DNA from: Histomonas meleagridis 2922-C6/04-290x | Taxonomy: Eukaryota; Protista; Parabasalia | Assembly: GCA_020184695.1 (NCBI GenBank) | Contig: JAANOX010000175.1 | Coordinates: forward strand, 1 to 15,019 | Direction: 5' to 3' | Length of the DNA: 15,019 nt | Part shown: piece by piece, positions 1 to 8,781 of the stretch | Layout of the letters: the number at the start of each line of letters is the position of its first letter | Position numbering within the stretch: position 1 is the stretch's first letter | Translations under genes and position numbers: made by a program | Notes under the pieces: generated by a model | Database searches by the model: none | Told to the model about the DNA's origin: nothing | Seen by the model: only the letters and a program-made list of their open reading frames with translations

Positions 1-828
1 TGTGTAAAAATACATTTATAAAGAAATGGAACGAGAATCTCAAGGACAAATCGTCGTTTACGATTGCTTAGTTGACGCTGGCTGAATGAAATAAATAATG
101 TTTACAGAAAGAACAGGAAGAGAGAAAAAGATTAATTGAGTATTTGTCGATTCCTCATTCAAACAGAGATGTTATAAGTTATCTTCATGAATTTGTTCAT
201 GAATGTGTCAATAAGAATTATACAGAATTGTTAGATGAGTATTATGACATGTATAACAACATCGATAAAACACATTTTATAAGTTACAGTCACGTTAAAA
301 AACAAGTGCAAAATAAATTTCCAAATGTTAGTGAAGAGAAAATTAGAAAAGTAATCCCAAAAATTTAAAAAATAAATTTTTTGAAACAAAATATATAAAA
401 CCTTATATGATAATGATATTTTCATCTATATCGAATTGTGTGTATCATGATTAATAAGATAATGCAAAAAATAAAACTTTATAATATTTGCATGTATAAA
501 TGCGCACAAATAATAGATATGTTTATTGTTTATTGTTGATGTCAAAATCAGCTTCGTCAGTTCATGAAACACATAAAGAATTGTTTAATTCATTGTCAAA
601 TTTCATCCTGTAAAATTAAATTCAGATGAAGAACCAGCATTTATTGAAAAGAATAATTTAAAACTTTTTTTTTAAAAATAAAGTTGCCGTACATACGATA
701 TAAGATAAAAATCATTCGTCTTCAGGCATTATTGAATACTTCAATCAAAAATCAGAACATCAATCACATGATGAAAAATATACGTTCATTACTATAGAGA
801 GAATAAAAGAGTTTCTGTATATTTATAT

Positions 829-965
829 ACCATTTTCACAACATGTTGGCCATTTTGCGTTTCAATATGGTCAGTTGTTTTCTATCGTATATATTAAAAT
901 TCAAGATTTAAAAAACCGAATTTTTTTTTGAGTTAAGCATCTCTTAAATTATATGTTGTAAAATG
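829..965 (+). repeat. Left terminal inverted repeat of the MITE
   Basis: ACCATTTTCACAACATGTTGGC..CAGTTGTTTTCTATCGT..ATTAAAATTCAAGATTTAAAAAACCG..GAGTTAAGCATC matches the reverse complement of 1257-1373, apart from a few substitutions and a 21-nt extra segment at 851-871. Confidence 0.92.
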
Positions 966-1256
966 TCGTATTCCAAAAAATATCGATATTTTTTATACGT
1001 ACATTTCAATTTTTTTAATATAAAATAATATAAATAATTAAATAGAGTATATATTCAATTATGATTGGTATCATTAGAAATATCATCGGATAAAATTTGT
1101 ATGTATAATTCAAATAATTTTGTACATTTTCCTATGTAACATTTCGAATTGCATCATTTATTGCTTCTTCGAGAACCTGAAACCGAACAACTTTTTTTTT
1201 CCCAAAAAAAAAATTGATTGTGCCTATAATTATTTGATTTTTTTCTAGTAAATACA

Positions 1257-1373
1257 TTATTTTATAACATAGAATTTAAAAGATGCTTAACTCAAAAAAA
1301 AATCCGGTTTTTTAAATCTTGAATTTTAATATTCACGATAGAAAACAACTGGCCAACATGTTGTGAAAATGGT
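1257..1373 (-). repeat. Right terminal inverted repeat of the MITE
   Basis: GATGCTTAACTC..CGGTTTTTTAAATCTTGAATTTTAAT..ACGATAGAAAACAACTGGCCAACATGTTGTGAAAATGGT is the reverse complement of the left TIR. Confidence 0.92.
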
Positions 1374-1534
1374 CTAATAATACTCACAATTCAGCTATCG
1401 GTTGTTCTTAAAAAAAAATGTTTGATAATTAAGATTTAGTAAAAGAATATATCTATAAATGTTTAGAACCTCCAGATAAACAGAAAAAAATAATATATTT
1501 CATTCTTCCGTGAATGTTATAATATTGATTTTGT

Positions 1535-1729
1535 ATGATATGTGGTAAGGTCTCGCCAATAATCAGTCTAGGAATTGAATTTGGCAAAAAGATACCAAAA
1601 ATAATTGATACAGTAAGAAAGCGTAAAAATAATATGACATATAAAATAGATAAGATATTTGATGCAGTTCATGACGGTAAAGTTAAAGACAAAATCAAAC
1701 GAGCGGTAGAAACAAAGGCAAAAAAGTAG
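1535..1729 (+). other. Small Lys-rich ORF; possibly the frameshifted C-terminal tail of the integrase
   Basis: 64-aa ORF from the track, directly downstream of and co-oriented with the integrase remnant. No domain recognised. Confidence 0.25.
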
Positions 1730-3248
1730 CCGAACGTGTTTTAAATACAGCATCACAAAAAAAGTCGAAAAAAATTCAAAGTAAATTAGTTGTTCAATCA
1801 ATAACATTTGGTTGTTGATTTCGTGGTGTAAACATTTTATGTTGATAAAAAAATCAAAACATGAGTTAGAATCTATATTTTCAGACGTTATTGTATTTAT
1901 TAACAAATAAATTTTTCTATTAGAAATAGTCCTTAAATCATTATTAAATTAAAGTAGTAAATTATATGCTAATTTACTATTATTTGTTCTCGTGAATCCA
2001 GCATATTTATTGTGATTTTCTGCTGAAAATCGATTGAATCTTTCATCTCCGATTGCATTAATTAATTAAAGCATCAATATTATATTCAAGTTGTATTCTT
2101 TGATTATTTTGATTTACGACTTGTTGTGCAATATCTGCTTGTAATTGATTTGTTATTGCTAATTTTCTTGTCGGTGATAGATTACCGCTAAACATTTGTT
2201 GTTGTATTTCAATTTGTGCTTGAATTTCTTCATCAACTGTTTTTCGTTGTTGTTCAATTTCTTATTGTTTCAATTTTTCGAATCTTGCTTTTGCTCTTAA
2301 TCCAGGTTTTTTTGTTTTTTTCTTCAATAAATTGTTGTTGATACAAACCATTAATGCTTGTCATGTACTGACTATCTAACGCCTGGTATTGCTCTGAAGT
2401 GAGTGACGTCATTCTTTTAATTTTTTTTTGTCCAAATTTTATTTTAGCTTCATTTTGCACTTTTAATAATTCATTTTCATTACGTGCTTTTTCTAATACA
2501 AATTGTATTTGTACTCGCTTTTCATTTGCATTCTTATAATCTTCTGATTTCAGAACGTTCTGTAATATTTCATTTTCATTTCTCACTTATACCAACTCAC
2601 ATTGCAAGCTACTTCTTGATACGCATATGTTCATTAGCTTATATATCATGTTGGCGTTCAATAGTAAGCATTTTAGGTTTAGATTATTGAGCTTGAATTG
2701 TTGCGTTTTGATCTTTATATAAATATATATCACCTTCATACAGAGTTTTTTTTTGTTATGTCAAAGCTTTTGCGTAACGTTCAGTTTCTTGTTGAGCTTT
2801 GTTTGCTGATGTTCAATCTCTCTTTCTGCCATTTCACGTTTTTGCTTTTCTTCATTATACTTTGCTTCAGCAGCTTTTGTCGCTTTTATCATATTTCTTT
2901 CTTGTTCATCCAAATTTTGCTAATTCATCTTGTTTCTCTCTCAGCGTATCATTGATTTGATTTGTTGTTGACGAACATCGTTTTGATCTCTCATATTATG
3001 TATTGCGTCGAGATTTACGTTTTGTGGTGTTTGTGATAAGACGACTAGAAGAAATGGATTTTGTAAATTTGCCATCATTTGTGACCTAGCAGAATCGGAA
3101 TTTTAATTATCCGGTAAGTGAAGAATATTTGCTCTGACCGAAGCGTTAAAATTTAATGTTGGAGCTTGAGTAATTAGTCGATGCCTTAATTCGCGTTTGA
3201 CATTTTTCTTTGTTTTTCTAATTCTTCGTTAAATGCCTTTTTTGCCAT
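1730..3248 (-). pseudogene. Gln/Glu-rich coiled-coil hypothetical protein (~500 codons), decayed
   Basis: Manual translation links ATG 3248 (MAKKAFNEELEKQRKMSNA), HRLITQAPTLNFNASVRAN, TKAAEAKYNEEKQKREMAER, track ORF 2254-2586, EIEQQRKTVDEEIQAQIEIQQQMFSG and the frame of track ORF 1568-1906. It carries several frameshifts and at least 8 internal stops. The 3' end is approximate. Confidence 0.6.
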
Positions 3249-3272
3249 TTAATTAAAAATAAAAATATTAAT

Positions 3273-4210
3273 TCATAAGTATCGAACTCTTGCTCTCCAT
3301 CCGCGTTGTACCGGCACATTATGAACTTGTTCGTGATGTTCTGGTTCTTGATGTTCCGGAATAATTTCTTTTTTTTGTTCTTCATTATTTGTTTCCTCAA
3401 CTGTTGGAATTTTTTATGAGGCAATATGAATATCATGTTTTGAACTTCTGGATGTCTTCTTAAGCTTTTTATGTCTACCTGTTAATTTATCTAATCGTGA
3501 ATTTAATCCAATTATATATATATGTCCCATCAATAATTGGTCATTTGATAAATAAACTTTAATGTCGTTGTTGTTTTTAATCAATTTATGACATACCGTT
3601 TAAGTTTTCGATCTATTTGCTATTAATATTAATAGCCGGCTCAATAAAAATATTATTGATTATTTTGATGTATTATTTTCGGAATAAGCACTTATAAAAT
3701 TCGAGGGTTAAAGTTGACCTAAAAGTTAACCTTTCAGTAACTCGAGCAAACATGTTCGTATGCAATATTTGCGTAGAATCATTTCAAGAAATGCTCATTT
3801 CTTCCGTTTCGTTGAGGGTTCACTTTTTGGTTATTCTCAATTTTGATATAATAAATGGTATAAATTAACATATAACGTCAAAATTATTTGGTAATTCATC
3901 CGCTTAACAGGCCATTTGCAATCAAATCCTTTCCTTCAGCGACTGTAATTTCACAATTACCTGGATTCAACATTAAAATAAATTTTCCTCTTGCTGTATT
4001 TGATATTCGTAAATCTTAACATTAATGTTGTCATAAACCGCTATATTATCATTTCCAACATCTTCACTTAATGATATAATTTTATTATCGATTTCTTAAC
4101 GTTTTCCTACTAATTCATCTGTGATTCGTTTGATTATATCATTTTTGGCTCTCATAAATCTATTTATTAATCTCGCAGAAGCAATATTTACAAGTTTCTC
4201 TTCATTTGTT
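3273..4210 (-). pseudogene. Hypothetical protein (~310 codons), decayed
   Basis: Protein-like segments across frameshifts: EKLVNIASARLINRFMRAKNDIIKRITDELVGKR..KIYFNVES..GNCEITVAEGKDLIANGLLS..GRHKKLKKTSRSSKH..EHQEPEHHEQVHNVPVQRGWRARVRYL*, with the stop at 3273-3275. The start is approximate and no domain is recognised. Confidence 0.5.
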
Positions 4211-4690
4211 TATTGAATATATCAATTCTGATTTTAAGATAACAAATGAGGAAATAGGAAGATTATTTATGAAATATAATTTGAATAACTCAAAAAAGAA
4301 ATTGAAATACATTTCTGAGTAGTTAGCGAAATATCAATGTAAAACTTAGTTGCATAGATGCTAATCATCCGTTACTGCAGTAAAGAAACGGAGATGTCAA
4401 GATGATTGAAAAAGCTCAGACACTTTATAATTGACGTTATCATTTCTGTGCAAACAACAAAGAGTATACCAAAATATATAAAAAGAACTTTGTCTGATAT
4501 TGTATCGTTCAATGGAATTCCAAAAAATGATTTTTACGATTTAAAAAAAGAATATCCTGCATCAATATTTGATGTTAATAATATATATGGTCTGTTTATT
4601 CTAAACTTCAAAGTCCACACGCGACGTTTAGCATACATATTAAAGCACGAAGAGTAATAATTGCCGATAAAGCTAAAATAAAAAAATGAA
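4201..4690 (+). pseudogene. Possible decayed hypothetical gene (includes track ORF 4406-4657)
   Basis: Coding-like fragments in several frames (LFIEYINSDFKITNEEIGRLFMKY; the 83-aa track ORF). The true frame is unresolved and no domain is recognised. Confidence 0.25.
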
Positions 4691-5521
4691 ATCCAAATTA
4701 TTTTCGATTTCGAATAACACCTACAAATATATCTTCATCATGCCTTGAACAGAAATCGTTATATACATTGGATTTAGTGAATGTACTCCATAAATATGTA
4801 ATAAATCATTAGAATTTATTTCAATATCAAAATATAATAAAAAATGCATATATAATTGAAATGTTCATGATATTTATGGAGGCTTAAATTTATACTAACG
4901 ATTCGTAAAAATCAATATAGATAATAATAATGTTTCAATTACAAATTTAATTATTTATACCATCAATGGTCATTCAACAGATGAATTTGCATCAAAAATC
5001 ACACACATGAAATTATTAATAATGATTTAGCTATTAATTATAGTATTGTTGCAAATTTCATTAACGAATATATTATATAATAAATCATATATTTCAAACA
5101 GTATTGGCGGAGGTTCTAATTCAACAGTTAATATTTCATCAATCGCGACGATTAAATCAAAGGGTGTAATGTAAATTGGACAGTATATTGACTTTCATGA
5201 TAATAATGATTTTAATTGTAATCATTCTCGGAATATAAAATAACTGCCGGTAATGTAATGTGTTTCGGTAAACTTGATAATAATGATGGTGTTATTAGTT
5301 TCAATGGAAATGATGGTAATATAAATGGTATTTTCATAAACCATCATTTCATACTTATTAATCTTCTGATATTGTTCTTTATCAAAATTCTGTATTAAGA
5401 TATAGATCGGGGTTTGAGTTCAAATATAATGAATAGTTCTAACAAGGAGTAATTCTTGTTGAAGTGGTTCACTAAAATTAAAATCAATTTCGTTATCTTT
5501 TTTCTCGCAAATCTGAGGGGT
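4690..5521 (-). pseudogene. Decayed coding-like spacer downstream of retroelement copy 1
   Basis: One frame reads RKRLERFPIMQKHLQRC..QQELLLVRTIHYI*TQTPIYILIQ..SIYCPIYITPFDLIVAIDEILTVELEPPPILFEIYDLL with scattered stops. The left limit is approximate. Confidence 0.3.
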
Positions 5522-5751
5522 TTCAGCAGATGCAGAACATCGTTGTAAGTGTTTCTGCATAATAGGGAATCGTTCAAGTCGTTTACGCATATCCGAAACG
5601 TTGACGATTTACTGATTTAAATAGCGATTCGCCAACAATAGTATCAATAGATGCCCTGGGGGAGTTATTCCCGAAAATCGGGTTCTCTGACGCAAAAAAT
5701 CAATATATATTAAAAATCAAAATAATCTCCTCCCGTGTGGTTTTATTCATT
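5522..5751. repeat. Conserved ~230-bp block, copy A
   Basis: About 80-85% identical to 10998-11231 by manual alignment, in the same orientation. Confidence 0.92.
5726..5738 (-). other. Invariant 13-mer ACACGGGAGGAGA after the ORF of copy 1
   Basis: TCTCCTCCCGTGT on the + strand; identical at 8714-8726 and 11205-11217. Confidence 0.9.
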
Positions 5752-6870
5752 CATAAATGTAAAGGAAGCTAAGCCTGATTGTAAATCATTAGCATTAACG
5801 TTCACCTCAGTAATTTCTGAAATAACGATATCCTCATTCGAGTGACTTGATATAGAGTCCGATTCATCGTATTCCGTGCTTTCTTGAGAATTAATAGTAT
5901 TATCCATCACATCAGTGTTTTCGTTAGCAGCGTTAGGATCAATGTTTTCATTATTATTGTTATTATATACTAAGTATTTAGACTCTTTTAATACCGCTAA
6001 AACGATCCTTTTAGCGTATTTCTTAAAGTTGTATTTAGAACCAGCCAGTAATTTTGATAAGTTTAATGATTTCTTCTGCCTTGCTCCTAATGAAGAGATG
6101 ACTATTACATAGAGTTTAACTTCTCTTTATGTTTGGTTCTTTATTTTTTTACATAAGTTTCTATATTTATCTAGTTCATCCCTATATCTGGTATCTAAGG
6201 AGTCTTCATAATCTTCATTGAATTTCCCTAATCACCGCGTCATGTCTTTTCTTAAATTGATGAATAATGATTTTACAGTATGTAATTATATTTATAATTA
6301 TATGTCTATGTTAGTCAGGTCGATTACATAATGGACATAAACCTTGTATGTTATTTTTGGCTGATATTTTATGTTGGTTAGTGAAGAAACTGTTAGTTCT
6401 AGATTAGATCGTGAATTCAATTAAATTATTCTCTATTTCGCTAGAGAATTGATTTAAAAAATAATTGGAGATTTTATTGTTCATGAGAGTTTTGAATGTA
6501 TGAACTCTAAATAAGAGTTTAAATAATTCATCGAAATGGATATCATTATTCTAAAAAATAGTATTATTTTCATCATTAAATTCATTAATCATTATTGCAT
6601 GTTCTGTAGTACCATTAGAAGTTTGCATTAAACCTTTTTGAGATCTAGCTATAAAGCGATTATTATTGTTAACATTTTGTAATGCTCTAGTGATCAATAC
6701 CATCCAAATACGATAAAAAGTAGGTGTAATAGAGATAGGTCTCCAAGAATGAGGATTTTGAGCATCACCTTTTTTGTATAACATAATTGTTTTACTTAAT
6801 TTAAATAATTCAGGACATTGTTTGATTGACATAGTAATTTTAGTAGTAATTTTAATAGTAGAAAAAGAAT
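5726..6870 (-). mobile_element. RLE-type (R2-group) non-LTR retrotransposon, copy 1, heavily deleted pseudogene
   Basis: RT N-terminal motifs (TIMLYKKGD, WRPISI, SQKG..TEHAIMINE; ORF 6551-6832) join almost directly to post-thumb sequence (HFDELFKLLFRVHTFKTL, SRTNSFFT, knuckle CPLCNRPD*HRH..C, KKRHDAVIREI). That in turn joins to the late RLE (LDKYRNLC, VIVISSLGA, KKYAKRIVLAVLKES) and an acidic tail, with stop TAA at 5743-5745. Several internal stops. Confidence 0.9.
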
Positions 6871-6882
6871 AATTGATGTTAT

Positions 6883-8733
6883 TCAGTTAATTTTTGAAAT
6901 AATTATATTTCCAATTCGAATTGTCTGAGAAATTGATATGTCGAGAAATGAATTATTTAATAAAGTATATAATAATAATTGAGGTAATACGATGAAATTG
7001 CCTAATATCAAATAGAATAATGATTTACTAAATCTACAATTATCTGAAGGCTTAAGGGGTTTTTTGTTTCTTCTATAAGTAATATGTAGAATTAATGAGA
7101 ACCAAATATTCCTTTTAATTTTAAACAATTTCATATTTTTTGAATTAATTATTATTAAATATTTCGAATTCAACATATGATTAAAAGCTTGAATTGAGTT
7201 ATCAATAATATTATTAGTTAATAGATCTGGATCAAGATCGAATATATAGATAAAGACATCCAGATTATTAACTAATATAAACTTCTTATTTAATATTACT
7301 CTAGCCACGCCGTCATCAGTAAATAAGGAGCAATAACTCTCTGGGTGTTGATAATGATAAGTTAATGAATTGAGTAAGTTAAAAGTGAATAATATATTAT
7401 GAAATTTGACGTTTCGGAAATTCATGATAATATTGAAACATTTTAACATATCGATAATTTTTTTAATATTTGTAATTTCATTGTCGTTATCATTATTATC
7501 ATCAATATTATTTATCATATGATTCTCATCAGAATTTTCATTAACTTTCATTTCTTGATTTTCTTTAATCTCTGTTTGATTAGAATTTAGATCTTTATGC
7601 TCATCATTGTCCTTAATATCTAAAGAACTATTGAACTGCGACCTTACTGTCAAGTAGCATTGTAAATATAAAGAAATTAAGAATAATATTGATCCATTAA
7701 ATGTAAAAGACCCAAGAACATCTCTTTCATATAAAAATGATGAATAAGTTTTTCAAATTGTTTTTCATTAATCATCTTGATTAAAGTAAGATTCTTTTGT
7801 TTAATATTTGCATGTTTGTAATTAAAAATATCTTTGATCTCCTCATCAATATTCTTTAATAAATTTAATGTATTGGCAAATATTTCTCGGAAAGACTCAA
7901 TATTCATGTTTGAACTAATTGTATATTTGATCGAATCATGTGTATCAAATAAATATTTTAAGTTATATTTCGAACCATATACATAATCAATCAAAACATT
8001 GAAACATTTATGATTTTATAAATAAAATCATAATCTTTACATAAATCGATAATAATATTTGAATAAGTAATATAAAATTTAGCAATGCTTCTATAATATT
8101 TCGTTTTATGATTAAAAATGTTAACAGGTTGAATATTCTTATAATATAATAAATTTTGGTTAAAGAGAAGATTAAGATTTATAACATTATTATCAATTAC
8201 ATATTGTGTAAGTTCAAATGGTTCTAAACTAACATCTAATCTAAGACATTCATTTTGATCAATAATCAATGACCTCTCTGAAGAATTAAGCAATCTAGAT
8301 TTGAAATATAAACAGGTAAATGTACACTAATATTCGGGTCAGCACTAATTATAATTGATGAAGGTAATGGTTTGTTATCAACATTAAATGGGGAACATCT
8401 GTCAGAACGATAATGTGAACCTTTTAAAAGTAGGATTTCGTATTGACAAGGACGGCCATGGTCGATGGACAGAAAAGGGTAAAATCTTTGTTCTTCTATC
8501 TCGACTCCTGAGGGTAATCCTGAGACATTAAGCATATGATTAATGAGTAATAGCTGAGTAGAGTGTGGCAAAGGGGTAGACTTAATGAATTGTGGTAAAT
8601 AATTAGGTATGCATTTCGAAGAATTTGCTATGTGTTGATCAAAAAGTATATTATCTTGTTGTGTAGATGGTATTGAATCATATTTTCGATTTTCAGTGTG
8701 TAAAAAAATGCATTCTCCTCCCGTGTAATTTAC
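6883..8733 (-). pseudogene. ~615-codon unknown ORF broken by at least 3 frameshifts (spacer between copies 2 and 1)
   Basis: Track ORFs 8266-8571, 7991-8293, 7677-7994 and 6883-7653 overlap or abut end to start. The first frame is open up to 8733 and the last up to ~7770, and a single-base change in the T4 run at 7993-7996 joins two of them. Confidence 0.5.
8714..8726 (-). other. Invariant 13-mer ACACGGGAGGAGA after the ORF of copy 2
   Basis: Identical to 5726-5738 and 11205-11217; lies 55 nt after the RLE stop. Confidence 0.9.
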
Positions 8734-8781
8734 TCACTTATAATTATCTCTATAAGAAATTAAGATTAAGTTCAAATTAAG

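Larger units (their letters stand above)
828..1374. mobile_element. 547-bp MITE / non-autonomous DNA transposon with long TIRs and TA target-site duplication
   Basis: Inverted repeats at both ends, TA at 826-827 and 1375-1376, and an AT-rich non-coding interior. Removing the element plus one TA gives ATT TAT AAT AAT ACT CAC (I-Y-N-N-T-H), in frame with the integrase. Confidence 0.85.
98..1513 (+). pseudogene. Retroviral-like (rve) DDE integrase pseudogene, interrupted by a MITE
   Basis: Manual translation across frameshifts and stops: MFTERTG..LSIPHSNRDV..(ORF 144-368)..IKPYMIMIFSSISNCVYHD**DN..NNRYVYCLLLMSKSASSVHET..HPVKLNSDEEPAFIEK..VAVHTI*DKNHSSSGIIEYF..IKEFLYI|YNNTHNSAIGCS*KKMFDN*DLVKEYIYKCLE. 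Candidate triad is D (449-451), D (625-627), E (734-736), with a D-E spacing of about 36 codons. The YNNTxHS(A/S)IG-type motif is typical of rve integrases. Confidence 0.75.
1..4690. mobile_element. Possible decayed Maverick/Polinton-like (integrase-bearing) element relic
   Basis: A retroviral-type integrase pseudogene sits among tightly packed decayed hypothetical genes (12 nt before the integrase ATG; 24 nt between the two minus-strand genes). No PolB, ATPase, capsid or terminal repeat is visible, so the class is inferred only. Confidence 0.35.

Noticed and set aside
1166-1213. CGAGAACCTGA similarity to the conserved block, and the T9-CCC-A10 hairpin inside the MITE
   Set aside because: Both are too short and low in complexity to distinguish from chance.
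1730-3248. TAA/TAG-to-Gln (ciliate-type) genetic code
   Set aside because: The 841-aa RT ORF encodes many Gln with no TAA/TAG, the three retro ORFs terminate on TAG/TAA, and the affected genes also carry frameshifts and TGA stops. Decay explains the pattern.
3218-3436. Track ORF 3218-3436 as an independent gene
   Set aside because: It overlaps, in another frame, the C-terminus of the longer 4210-3273 pseudogene and the start of the next gene.
5395-5577. Track ORF MNDSLLCRNTYNDVLHLLK as a real gene
   Set aside because: It has no ATG, and the matching frame in copy B is interrupted upstream and diverges after ~25 codons. I could not decide which frame, if any, is coding.
5700-5745. HDV-like, hammerhead or twister ribozyme core at the motif/block
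   Set aside because: CTCCCGT resembles an HDV L3 loop but lies antisense and lacks a paired P3. There is no conserved CUGAUGA/GAAA, and TAACTC lacks the other twister elements.
5522-5751. Known snRNA, 5S rRNA, tRNA or C/D snoRNA as the conserved block
   Set aside because: I recognise no U1/U2/U5/U6 signature, cloverleaf or conserved C/D boxes (CTGA is present in copy A only). Only a generic Sm-like T tract is seen.
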